From NCBI GenBank assembly GCA_046597055.1, contig JBKJLC010000031.1, positions 1-45,616 of the forward strand: DNA of 45,616 bases. Reading direction: 5' to 3'. The notes under the pieces are model-generated. The model ran no database searches. It was not told the DNA's origin and was given only the letters and a program-made list of their open reading frames with translations. The first letter of the stretch is position 1; every line of letters starts with the position of its first letter. A program made the position numbers and the translations under genes. This DNA is from Kofleriaceae bacterium (GTDB lineage Bacteria > Myxococcota_A > Polyangia > Haliangiales > Haliangiaceae). Shown piece by piece: positions 20,227 to 29,189 of the stretch.

Positions 20227-20525
20227 TCACTTCACGGCGGGCGCCCGGCGTGGCTCGACCGAGCGGAGCGCCGCCACGCAGCGATCGAGCAGCACGCGGT
20301 CGGCGAGCGCGGCGCCGATCGCGCGGGCGCGGTCGAGCCCGCCTGCGCGCCGGGGCGGGCGACGACTTCGGCCGGGCGGCGGCCGGCCACCCGGTGGCGT
20401 CGTGGCTGCAGCGGCGCCACCTCGACAAGCTGTCGCCGACCCACCTCGGCTGCGGCCGCCCGAGCGATGTCGTCCGGCTCGCCGGCGCGCTCGGCGTCGG
20501 GTTGCCGGCCGCGCCGCTCGAGTAG
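20227..20525. pseudogene. Possible back-to-back 3' remnants of two divergent genes
   Basis: Minus strand ...GGLDRARAIGAALADRVLLDRCVAALRSVEPRRAPAVK* (stop at 20227). Plus strand ...GHPVASWLQRRHLDKLSPTHLGCGRPSDVVRLAGALGVGLPAAPLE* (stop at 20525). Both lose coding character near 20355. Confidence 0.35.
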
Positions 20526-20661
20526 GGCGGCGAGCGCGGGCGTCGGGCCGCGAGTGCTACCGTGGACCGGTGCGCCGCGAAGGCAGGTTGTTCCAGTCGT
20601 TCCGCAGGGCCCTGGTCACGCTCGACGGCCCGCCCGCAGCCGTTTATCACCCGGTGCCGCC

Positions 20662-21126
20662 ATGAAGATCTGGGTCGATGGGGACGCGCTGCCGGGCGCG
20701 ATCAAGGAGATCATCCTCCGGGGGGCGGCCCGGCTCGAGGTCGACACGGTGTTCGTGGCCAACAAGCACCTCCAGGTCGGGTCGAACCCGCGGGTCACGT
20801 TCATGCGCGTGACCCAGGGAGCCGATGTCGCCGACGCCTACATCGTCGACCGCAGCGCGGTCGGCGACCTGTGCGTCACGGCCGACATCCCGCTGGCCGC
20901 GGCCCTGGTCGCCAAGGGGGTCGTCGTGATCGATCCCCGCGGCGATCAGTACTCGCACGACAACGTCGGCGATCGCCTGTCGACCCGCGATCTCATGGCG
21001 AGCCTGCGCGAGGAGGGGCTCACGACCCAGGGCCCCCCGCCGTTCAGCGCCAAGGCCAAGCAGAAGTTCGCCGCCAGCTTCGACCGCCTGCTCACCCGCG
21101 CGCTCCGCACCACCACCCGGCCATGA
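20662..21126 (+). CDS. yaiI: YaiI/YqxD (UPF0178) family protein
   Basis: MKIWVDGDA, FVAN, GADVADAYIV, GDLCVTADIPLAAALV, IDPRG, RDLMASLR, GPPPFS. Confidence 0.92.
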   Translation: MKIWVDGDALPGAIKEIILRGAARLEVDTVFVANKHLQVGSNPRVTFMRVTQGADVADAYIVDRSAVGDLCVTADIPLAAALVAKGVVVIDPRGDQYSHDNVGDRLSTRDLMASLREEGLTTQGPPPFSAKAKQKFAASFDRLLTRALRTTTRP

Positions 21127-21136
21127 CCGCCGCCGG

Positions 21137-22336
21137 TCAGGGCGTCGGCCCGGACCGCCGGGCCGCTGCGACCTCGCGCAGGTAGCCAGCCAGCACCGGC
21201 GCCATGAACTCCCAGTAGCTGCCGTATCCCGAGGGCGGACGCGGGCGCCCGGTGAGCCCACCCTTGCGGGCGAGCGCGTCGCCGCGATCGTGCGGTCCCA
21301 GCTCGACCTCGAGGTCGGTGACGTCGCCGGCGAAGGTCAACATCGTGCCGCGCTCGTACAGGAACGGCACCACCGGGTCCTGCTGGGTCGCCGCGAGCCA
21401 TTGCTGGACGTCGTCGCGGTCCGGCAGCTGCAGCTCGGCCAGCACGGTCGTCGCGGCGCCCGGCGAGGCCGGATCGACCTCGACCATCGCGAACCAGTTG
21501 TAGAACGGCTGCGCGCGCGCGCCGGGGAAGCGCCGCTCGAAGCCCTCGATCAGCCGGATGCGCGGCGCGATCCGGTCGATGTCTCGGTCGGCGAACACCT
21601 CGACGCGACCGCCCTCGTCGACCACCAGCAACCCGGCCCCGGTCGGCAGCGGCCGCCCATGCTGCTTGGCGTACTCGCGCGGCAGCCACCCGGGCAGGTC
21701 CTCGAGGTCCGACAGGTTGGCGAAGCAGCGGCCCACCCACCGGGTCCAGCGGGCACCCTGCAGGCGCTCGATCCGCGCGCGGATCGGCGGCGGCGTGGGG
21801 CTCTGGGTCGTGTTGAACTCGCTGACCACGTGGGCGCGGCGCGCGACCAGCTGCTCGATCGCGTCGGCGTCGCGCTCGTCGAGGCCGCCGAAGACCAGCT
21901 CGCTGTAGTCGGTGTGGACGCGCCGCTCCGCGATGTGCTGCAGGTCGTAGGCGTACACGCCGTAGGTGTCCGCGATGTACAGCACGTCGACCTGCGACAG
22001 GTCGGCGGCCCCGATGCGGAGCGGGGCGTCGCGGGCATGCGGGAAGTAGCCCACGTAGTCGCGCAGGCGCCAGGTCGGGTCGTCCGGCGCCACGCCCGGC
22101 CGCACCGGCGGCGGGACCTTGAGGTGGTTGAGCAGCCAGATCACCGAGGCGTGTTCCTTGTAGCTGTCGAACGCGACGGTGTAGTCCGCCACCTGCACGC
22201 GGACCGCGAGCGGCGGGCGGCGCAGCCACTGCTCGTGCGGAGACGGGCGGCCGCGCCACCACCAGACCCCGGCGGCCAGACCGAGCGCGACCACGGCCCC
22301 GAGGAGCCACCACGCCCAGCGCCTCACGGTGGTCAT
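21137..22336 (-). CDS. Membrane-anchored conserved hypothetical protein
   Basis: N-terminal TM helix; motifs DYTVAFDSYKEHASVIWLLNHLK, DYVGYFP, LYIADTYGVY, SEFN, WVGRCF. Confidence 0.8.
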   Translation of the reverse strand: MTTVRRWAWWLLGAVVALGLAAGVWWWRGRPSPHEQWLRRPPLAVRVQVADYTVAFDSYKEHASVIWLLNHLKVPPPVRPGVAPDDPTWRLRDYVGYFPHARDAPLRIGAADLSQVDVLYIADTYGVYAYDLQHIAERRVHTDYSELVFGGLDERDADAIEQLVARRAHVVSEFNTTQSPTPPPIRARIERLQGARWTRWVGRCFANLSDLEDLPGWLPREYAKQHGRPLPTGAGLLVVDEGGRVEVFADRDIDRIAPRIRLIEGFERRFPGARAQPFYNWFAMVEVDPASPGAATTVLAELQLPDRDDVQQWLAATQQDPVVPFLYERGTMLTFAGDVTDLEVELGPHDRGDALARKGGLTGRPRPPSGYGSYWEFMAPVLAGYLREVAAARRSGPTP

Positions 22337-22513
22337 GCGTCGACGGCCATCCTACCGCGTCGTCAGGCGGCGGCGCCGGGGCAGGCCGCCGCGCCGCAGG
22401 TTGGGTTCGGCAACGGGCCGGGGCGGGGCCGGGGACGTCGCCGGCGCGCGCGCGGACGTCGCCGCCAGCGGCGAGCTGGTGCGGCTCGACCTGACACGCG
22501 CCGGCCGGCGTGA

Positions 22514-24208
22514 CTACAGCGTCTTCAGGTACTCGAGCAGGTCCCGCAGCTTGTCGGGGCGGGCCTTCCAGTCGAGGCCAAGGAAGCGCCGGGTGTCGTG
22601 GCCGCGGTTCGACAGCCCGGCGACGGTCGTGTCGTACCGCGCCGCCCCGGGGCCGGGGACGTCCCACGTGAAGCCCACCTTGGTCTGGTCGTAGCCGAGA
22701 TTGCCGCGATAGAACGTCGTCGGCCGGTCGCCGGTGAGCAGGGCCTGGAGCGTCGGCACCGAGCCGTTGTGCAGGTATGGCGCCCGCGCCCAGATGCCGT
22801 CGAGCGGCACCGCCATGTACGCGCCGGTCGCGTTGGCGATCTGCTCGTCGGCCACCTCGGAGCCGTCGGGATTGGCGCAGGCGACGGCGTCGGTGCAGCT
22901 GGCGCGGATGGCCTGGGCGAGCGCGGTCGCGGTGGTCGGCGACCAGACGTTCGCGCGGTTCGGATCGGTGCCGATCTCGTCGGGACCGTACAAGTTGTCG
23001 TTGCCGGGCGCGTGGCACCCGGCGCAGTGCTCCTGGTAGAGCGCGCGGCCGCGGGTCGCCCGCATCATGTCGACCGCGAACGGGTACGGGGTCGCCGGCA
23101 GCCGCTCGGTGAAGCGGGTCGTGCGGATCGCGTTCTCCAGGTTGACCAGCGCCGGATTGCCGATCACGCCGAACTCGGCGCCGAGGTTGCGGTGGAGCGG
23201 GCTCGCGATGCTGCCGTCCCACTGCGCCCGCGGCCGCTCGCCCTGTCGCCACACGCTCATGATGTCGATCTCGGCCGGGGCCGGCGGCAGCAGCGCGTGC
23301 AGCTGGGCCGAGGTGAACCGGGCCGGGTCGATCACGATCGAGATGCCGGTGCCGAGCGCGTCGAGGTAGCCGGGCTTGCGGCCGAGCGGGTCGGGCGCGT
23401 TCGCCCCGGCGTAGGTGTGCGCGCCGAGCGTCGCCGCGAACCGCGCACCCGCGGCGAGGACCCGGCTCTTCAAGGTGTCGAGGAACTGCTCGGCGCCGCC
23501 GGGCGCGAGGAAGATCGCGCGCTCGGTCGTCTCCTGTTCGAGCATCGCGAGGTCGCCGTAGATCCAGCCGGGCGGCCTGGCGGCGAGCGCGAGGCGGAAG
23601 CGCGCGGCGGTGTAGCCGGGGCTGGTCACCATCGTGACCAGGTTGGCGCGCAGGCTGGTGAAGGTGGTGCTCGGGCCGCCGATGATGTGGAGCGTGTCGC
23701 CCGAGGGCCCGACCACGCGGCCGCCGTGGCAGCCGGTGCACGTCAGCTGGACGACCTGCAGATCGACGGGACCGATCGGGGTCGCGAGCGGCGGCCGGAG
23801 GGTCGTCTGGCCCAGCCCCAGCGGCAGCACCCGGCCGGGCTCGAGCGTGTCCTGACTGAGGCCGATCGAGGCGAAGTGCGCGTCGTGCGGCCCCCAGATC
23901 TCGGGGAACAGGTCGGGGAAGAGGCGGAACATGATCATCGGAATGCCGGAGTTGCCGACCGGTGTGTTCTTGAACCACCGGTAGTCTTCCGCGTTGTCCT
24001 GCAGATACCGGTCGAGCTCGGCCTGGCGGGAGGCGCGCTCGACCTCCCACGAGGTCGGCACCAGGCCGGCAATCGTCGAGTCGTCCTCGACGGCCGCGGT
24101 GCCGTCGGGGGCGCCGTCTCCGGTGCAGCCCGGCCCGGCGAGCAGCAGTGCAACCAGCGCCGCCGTGGCCGCGCCTGGATCGGTCGTGAACGAATGTCTT
24201 CTTCCCAT
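22514..24208 (-). CDS. Exported di-heme c-type cytochrome (RoxA/cytochrome c peroxidase-like C-terminus)
   Basis: Two CxxCH motifs (CTGCH, CAGCH), IGTDPNR, LDGIWARAPYLHNGSVPTL, GLSNRGH; signal peptide with lipobox-like GPGC. Start uncertain (24208, 24214 or 24217). Confidence 0.85.
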   Translation of the reverse strand: MGRRHSFTTDPGAATAALVALLLAGPGCTGDGAPDGTAAVEDDSTIAGLVPTSWEVERASRQAELDRYLQDNAEDYRWFKNTPVGNSGIPMIMFRLFPDLFPEIWGPHDAHFASIGLSQDTLEPGRVLPLGLGQTTLRPPLATPIGPVDLQVVQLTCTGCHGGRVVGPSGDTLHIIGGPSTTFTSLRANLVTMVTSPGYTAARFRLALAARPPGWIYGDLAMLEQETTERAIFLAPGGAEQFLDTLKSRVLAAGARFAATLGAHTYAGANAPDPLGRKPGYLDALGTGISIVIDPARFTSAQLHALLPPAPAEIDIMSVWRQGERPRAQWDGSIASPLHRNLGAEFGVIGNPALVNLENAIRTTRFTERLPATPYPFAVDMMRATRGRALYQEHCAGCHAPGNDNLYGPDEIGTDPNRANVWSPTTATALAQAIRASCTDAVACANPDGSEVADEQIANATGAYMAVPLDGIWARAPYLHNGSVPTLQALLTGDRPTTFYRGNLGYDQTKVGFTWDVPGPGAARYDTTVAGLSNRGHDTRRFLGLDWKARPDKLRDLLEYLKTL

Positions 24209-24298
24209 GGGCATCATCCTCCACGGCAGAGGCCTCCTGTTCAACGAGTAAGAGTTGTAGTGCGCGCTGCAACACGGCAGTCATGCACAGCCAGCGAG

Positions 24299-24325
24299 GC
24301 ATTCGCGATTGCGAATTTCGAATGC
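24299..24325. promoter_or_regulatory. Nested palindromes between the divergent cytochrome and helicase genes
   Basis: GCATTCG...CGAATGC enclosing ATTCGC-gatt-GCGAAT. Confidence 0.4.
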
Positions 24326-24492
24326 GCAAGAGGGCAGTGCGTGAGGGCGAGGGAGGCGCCCGGGAGATGCCAGGGAGGCGCCCGGGAGGTGCGCCGAGAC
24401 GGCCTCACCTCCGGCGACACCTGGCCGGGCCCATGGCCGAAATCTGCGCCCGTGACCCGCCGACGTCACGACCAGGTTGTAGGTTCCAGCCG

Positions 24493-27333
24493 ATGCAGGG
24501 TTCGCCGCTCGAAGTGCTCGTCTTTCGCGACCTGGAACGGCGCGCGCTGGGTCGCAAGATCGACCAGGTGCTCGACCAGCTGCGCGCGGGCGACTTTCGC
24601 TCGGCCGAGGTCAAGAAGCTGAAGAACGCCGGGCTCTACCGGGCCCGGATCGACGACAAGAATCGGCTGCTGTTCAAGGTCGGCGCCCATGCCGGTCGCG
24701 GCGTGCTGCTGGTCCTCGAGGTGGTTCACAACCACGACTACGCGAGCGCACGCTTCCTGAACGGGGCGGCCTGCGCCGAGGACGACTTCGAGCCGGTCAC
24801 CGCCCCGGCGGCGCCGACCGACACGCTGCGCTTCGTCCACCCGACCTCGCCGGCGCTGCACATGCTCGACAAGCCGCTGTCGTTCGACGACGCGCAGGCG
24901 ACGGTCCTGGCGGCGCCGCTGCCGGTCATCGTGATCGGCTCGGCCGGCAGCGGCAAGACCGCGTTGACGCTGGAGAAGCTGAAGACGCTGCCCGGCCATG
25001 GCCTGTACCTCACGCGCTCGTCGTACCTGGTCGAGAACGCGCGGACTCTGTACTTCGCCAACCGCTATGCCAACGACGGGCAGGAGGTCGAGTTCCTGTC
25101 GCTGGCCGAGCTGCTGGAGACCATCGACGTGCCGACCGGGCGCGAGGCCACCTGGGCCGACTTCGCGGCGTGGTACGAGCGCGTGCGCGGGACGTTCAAG
25201 CTGCGCGAGCCCCACCGGATCTACGAGGAGATCAAGGGCGTCCTGACCGGAGCCGCCCAGGACCAACCGTTCCTCACGGAGGACGAGTACCTGGGTCTCG
25301 GGGTCCGACAGTCGATCTTCGTCGGCGACGAGCGACGGATCGTCTACCAGGTGTTCGAGCGCTGGCGGGTTTACCAGGCCGAGCGCGGGCTGTTCGACGC
25401 CAACGTGGCGGCGTGGGAGCGGCGTGGTCGCGCCGAGCCGCGCTACGACTTCCTGGTCATCGACGAGGTCCAGGACATCACGCTGGTCGAGCTGCGCCTG
25501 GCGCTGGCCACGCTGCGCGACCGGCGCAGCTTCCTCCTGTGCGGCGACTCCAACCAGATCGTCCACCCGAACCTGTTCTCGTGGGCCCGGGTCAAGAGCC
25601 TGTTCTACGGCGAGGATGCCCGCGGCGAGTCGCCGCTCGACCGCATCCATCTCCTGGTGGCCAACTACCGCAACACGCAGGCGGTCACGACCCTGGCCAA
25701 CCGCTTGCTCCTCGTGAAGCAGCGCCGGTTCGGCTCGATCGACCGCGAGAGCAACTACCTGGTCCAGTGCGTGAGCGACGAGCCCGGCCGGGTCGAGCTG
25801 GTCGTCGACGGTCCCCAGGTGCAGCGCGAGATTGACCACAAGACCCGGCGCTCGGCGCGCACCGCGATCATCGTCATGCGCGACGAGGACAAGCCGGCGG
25901 CTCGCGCCGTGTTCGCGACCCCGCTGGTGTTCGCGGTGCACGAGGCCAAGGGCCTCGAGTACGACCACGTCGTGCTGTGGAATCTCGTGAGCGGCGCCGC
26001 GCGGGAGCTGCGCGAATGCACGGCCGGCGTCACCTTGGCCGACCTCGACGGCGAGTCGGTGTATGCGCGCGCTCGCGACAAGACCGACAAGAGCCTCGAC
26101 GCCTACAAGTTCTACATCAACGCCCTGTACGTGGCGATCACCCGCGCGGTGCGCTCGCTCCTGATCGTCGAGCGCGAGCCGCAGCACCCCCTGTTCGAGC
26201 TGCTCGTCATCGACCGCCTCGGCGGCCAGGTCGAGCTCGCCGCCGAGGAGTCGTCGCGCGAGGACTGGCAGCGCGAGGCGCGCCGCCTCGAGCTCCAGGG
26301 TAAGCGCGAGCAGGCCGACCAGATCCGCCGCGAGATCCTCGACCACCAGCCGGTGCCCTGGCCGGTGATCGACCCGACCACCTACCCGAGCATCCACGCC
26401 CGGGCGCTCGGCGCCGGGCCCCGCGAAAAGGCCGCGCAACAGCTCCTGTTCGAGTACGCGCTCACCTACGACGCGCCCTGGCTGATTCCGCAGCTGGCCG
26501 AGGCCGGCTTCCGCCACGCGAAGAAGCCGGAGTCGGGGCGTGCCTACATCGACCAGACTCACTACCTCGAATATCAGTTCAAGCGCTCCCCGGTCCTCGC
26601 GGGCCAGCTCCGCAAGCATGGCCTCGACTTCCGCAACCCGATCAACGAGACGCCGCTCATGGTCGCGGCGCGGCTGGGCAAGCCCGAGCTGGTTGGCGAC
26701 CTCCTGGCCCAGGGCGCGGATCCCGAGCTGACCGACACCGCGGGTCGCAACCCGCTACGGGTGGCCCTGATGAGCTGGCTGGAAGGCCAGGCGATGAAGG
26801 TCACCGCGTTCGCGGACGTGTACCAGCGGCTCGCGAGCGCGCCGGCCAAGGTCAAGCTCGGCGCGCGGATGACCAAGCTCGACCCGAGCACGATGGAGTG
26901 GTTCCTGCTGAACCTGTGTCTGGCCCACTACCGGCGCATGATGATCGAGGGGTTCCGCACCCGAGGGACGCTCGCGTTCCGGGCACCGGAGGTGGCTGGC
27001 TTGCTCGCCCGGTTCCCGCCGACCGTCCTGCCACCGCATCGCATGAAGCGGGAGTACGTCTCGGCCATGCTCGCGAAGAACGAGCTCAGCAGCGCCAGCC
27101 CGTACAACCGACGGTTGTTCGTCCGGGTCGCCCACGGCGCGTACGTCCTGAACCCGGCGCTCGAGATCGAGATCGGGGGGGCATGGCGGGCGGTCTCCGA
27201 TCTGATGGAGCTGCCCCTCTTCCTCGACACCCTCGGCCCCCCGGGCGACGCGCTGCGGCGGGGGCTGGCCGTGCAGCGACGGGCGATCGACGCCCGCCTG
27301 GCCGCGGTGGCGCCGTCGCTGGAGGTCACGTGA
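24493..27333 (+). CDS. UvrD-like SF1 helicase/ATPase with an N-terminal RelE/ParE-like domain, an ankyrin repeat and a C-terminal wHTH-like region
   Basis: SF1 motifs GSAGSGKT, VIDEVQD, CGDSNQ, NYRN, HEAKGLEYDHV, LYVAITRA. N-terminus VKKLKNAGLYRARIDDKNRLLF...VLEVVHNHDY. Ankyrin NETPLMVAARLGKPELVGDLLAQGADPELTDTAGRNPL. Confidence 0.9.
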   Translation: MQGSPLEVLVFRDLERRALGRKIDQVLDQLRAGDFRSAEVKKLKNAGLYRARIDDKNRLLFKVGAHAGRGVLLVLEVVHNHDYASARFLNGAACAEDDFEPVTAPAAPTDTLRFVHPTSPALHMLDKPLSFDDAQATVLAAPLPVIVIGSAGSGKTALTLEKLKTLPGHGLYLTRSSYLVENARTLYFANRYANDGQEVEFLSLAELLETIDVPTGREATWADFAAWYERVRGTFKLREPHRIYEEIKGVLTGAAQDQPFLTEDEYLGLGVRQSIFVGDERRIVYQVFERWRVYQAERGLFDANVAAWERRGRAEPRYDFLVIDEVQDITLVELRLALATLRDRRSFLLCGDSNQIVHPNLFSWARVKSLFYGEDARGESPLDRIHLLVANYRNTQAVTTLANRLLLVKQRRFGSIDRESNYLVQCVSDEPGRVELVVDGPQVQREIDHKTRRSARTAIIVMRDEDKPAARAVFATPLVFAVHEAKGLEYDHVVLWNLVSGAARELRECTAGVTLADLDGESVYARARDKTDKSLDAYKFYINALYVAITRAVRSLLIVEREPQHPLFELLVIDRLGGQVELAAEESSREDWQREARRLELQGKREQADQIRREILDHQPVPWPVIDPTTYPSIHARALGAGPREKAAQQLLFEYALTYDAPWLIPQLAEAGFRHAKKPESGRAYIDQTHYLEYQFKRSPVLAGQLRKHGLDFRNPINETPLMVAARLGKPELVGDLLAQGADPELTDTAGRNPLRVALMSWLEGQAMKVTAFADVYQRLASAPAKVKLGARMTKLDPSTMEWFLLNLCLAHYRRMMIEGFRTRGTLAFRAPEVAGLLARFPPTVLPPHRMKREYVSAMLAKNELSSASPYNRRLFVRVAHGAYVLNPALEIEIGGAWRAVSDLMELPLFLDTLGPPGDALRRGLAVQRRAIDARLAAVAPSLEVT

Positions 27334-27452
27334 TCCGACCGTGGCACCGGCCGAGGAGGCCGGGGGCGGCCCGGTGTACGGGCGGGCGCAGGCGCATGAG
27401 GGCGAATCAGAAAACTCGTCTGGAGCTGCGCCGGTCGCGCCAGTAGATGGAT

Positions 27453-27482
27453 CCTGAGCCGCCTCGCTTCGCTCGGCTCAGG
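27453..27482 (-). terminator. Hairpin overlapping the stop of the peptide gene, between convergent genes
   Basis: CCTGAGCCG-N12-CGGCTCAGG, a perfect 9-bp stem with no U-tract. Confidence 0.45.
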
Positions 27483-27681
27483 CGTTCGGCGGATCGAGGC
27501 CGTCCGGCCCGCCGTAGACCATGTTCTCGTCCTTGTCGTGGTCCTTGTAGCCATGGCCGAGCCCGGCCATGAAGTCCTTCACCTCCGACCACAGGCCACC
27601 GCCGATGGTCTGGGTGAGCGCCTCGTCGCGCAGCGCGACCAGGGTGTTCGGGAGCCGCTTCATTTTCATCTGGTTCTTCAT
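27478..27681 (-). CDS. Double-glycine-leader peptide precursor A (bacteriocin/RiPP-like)
   Basis: GAAGGA RBS; MKNQMKMKRLPNTLVALRDEALTQTIGG|GLWSEVKDFMAGLGHGYKDHDKDENMVYGGPDGLDPPNA. Confidence 0.7.
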   Translation of the reverse strand: MKNQMKMKRLPNTLVALRDEALTQTIGGGLWSEVKDFMAGLGHGYKDHDKDENMVYGGPDGLDPPNA

Positions 27682-27706
27682 GGTCATTTCCTTCGAGGGT
27701 TGCAGT

Positions 27707-27877
27707 TCACCAGCCGGGGACGTTGCCGAAGACGGACTCGTAGGCATCCATTGCCTTCGCTTCCAGGGCGCCGATGACGTAGCCGAGCGCGTAGCCGAAG
27801 CTCTCCTTGTCGGTGCCGCCGGTCGCCGCGACCGCCTCGTCGCCACGCAGACCGGTTATGTTGCCTGGGGGCAACAA
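27707..27877 (-). CDS. Double-glycine-leader peptide precursor B (bacteriocin-like)
   Basis: (M)LPPGNITGLRGDEAVAATGG|TDKESFGYALGYVIGALEAKAMDAYESVFGNVPGW. The leader resembles that of precursor A. The TTG start at 27877 is uncertain. Confidence 0.55.
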   Translation of the reverse strand: MLPPGNITGLRGDEAVAATGGTDKESFGYALGYVIGALEAKAMDAYESVFGNVPGW

Positions 27878-28304
27878 CGATGCGAGGTGTTCGCTCGCGC
27901 GTCGGCGGTCGGCAGCGATTGTTCGCAAGTGACGGCCGCGGCGCGTGACACCAGGCGCTGCCGCCACGCATGCTCGGCGCGGTGTCGATCGTCGCGCGGC
28001 TCGCCGAAGCGCTCGGCCCCGTGCGGATGAGCCCGGCGCAGCGCGGCCACAACGTCACCTTCGAGCGGCACGGCCGGTGGCGGACGCTCCACCTGGTCGA
28101 GCATCCCCTCGCTGGCGGTCGCCGCGGCCGCTGGTGCGCTGGCCACCGTCGGGTTGAGCAACCGCGATCGGCAAACCACGTGTGCGGTCCCACCGGCGAC
28201 CTTTCACCAGATCGGGGACGACGAGCGGCGGGCCGCGATCGTGCGCGGGCATGGCGGGTGTGTCCTGGCCCGGTGCGGGGTACCCTGGCGGCCAGGAGGC
28301 TCCA

Positions 28305-29189
28305 TTGAAGATGCACATGCTTGGCTTGGTCGGACTGCTGGCGGTCGCGATGGCGACCGGAACCGCGAGCGCGCAGGTGGGCGGCATCAAGCTGCCCGAC
28401 AAGCTGCCGGGGGGGGCCAAGCTGCCGGCCGACCCGACCAGCTGCAACGGCCTGAAGGGCGAGGGCGGCGCGCGCATCGAGGCGTTCATCGCCGCCTCGG
28501 TTCGCCTGCAGAGCGCGGCCGCTGCGCTCGAGGGGTCGGTGGCCGACGCTTGCAAGAGCATGGCGGGCGAGCTGCAGGTATCGAAGGCCGGCACCACCAA
28601 GACGGTGTGCGGTCGGGTCGCCACCGGGCTCAAGGCCGGCCTCAAGGTGACCGCCAAGGCCAAGAGCAAGACCGTCGTGACCTACACGCCGGCCAGGTGC
28701 ACAGTCGACGCGTCGGCCTCGGCCAAGGCCGCCGGGCAGTGCTCCGGCTCGGCCGGCGGCACCGCGGGCACCGGCGGCAGCGCGGGCTCCGCGGCGGGCG
28801 CCTGCAAGGCCCAGGGTGAGGCGAGCGCCAGCCTCGACGCGCAGTGCACCCCGCCCAAGGTCGACGTCCAGAGCGACACCTCGGTCGCGGTCGACGCCAG
28901 CCGCTTCACGCGTGCCACCAAGGCGGTCGCGATCGGCCTGCCGGCGCTGCTGTCGGCCAACGCGAAGGCCAAGCTGGCCCTGAAGTCGGCCACCGCCTAC
29001 GCCGGCGCGGCCGGTGGCGCGGTCAAGGGCATGGGCTCGCTGGCCAAGGAGTTCGGCGTCCAGGCGGTCTGCATCGCCGATCGCCTGAACGTCGCCGCGC
29101 GCGGCGCGGTCAAGGCCAAGGCCAGCATCAGCGTCAGCGTGCAAGCGTCCGCGTCCGTCTCGGGCTCGGCCGGCGCGAACGCCCGCTGA
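28305..29189 (+). CDS. Secreted Ala/Gly/Ser-rich protein with spaced cysteines (myxobacterial type)
   Basis: AGGAGG RBS; signal peptide ending ASA-Q; YTPARC...C...C...CTPP; C-terminal ASISVSVQASASVSG. Confidence 0.82.
   Translation: MKMHMLGLVGLLAVAMATGTASAQVGGIKLPDKLPGGAKLPADPTSCNGLKGEGGARIEAFIAASVRLQSAAAALEGSVADACKSMAGELQVSKAGTTKTVCGRVATGLKAGLKVTAKAKSKTVVTYTPARCTVDASASAKAAGQCSGSAGGTAGTGGSAGSAAGACKAQGEASASLDAQCTPPKVDVQSDTSVAVDASRFTRATKAVAIGLPALLSANAKAKLALKSATAYAGAAGGAVKGMGSLAKEFGVQAVCIADRLNVAARGAVKAKASISVSVQASASVSGSAGANAR

Noticed and set aside
20946..24622. 1127-aa minus-strand and 674-aa plus-strand ORFs
   Set aside because: Arg/Pro/Gly-rich alternative-frame or antisense products overlapping better-supported genes; stop codons are rare at this GC content
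16933..27333. PARG and RelE-helicase as one ADP-ribosylation defence system
   Set aside because: They are about 6.7 kb apart, separated by unrelated genes on mixed strands, and no ADP-ribosyltransferase is visible
28046..28260. Scattered CACC-N2-4-CG motifs and a GG-N10-GT element upstream of 28305
   Set aside because: Irregular spacing, expected by chance at this GC content, and the -12 GC is absent
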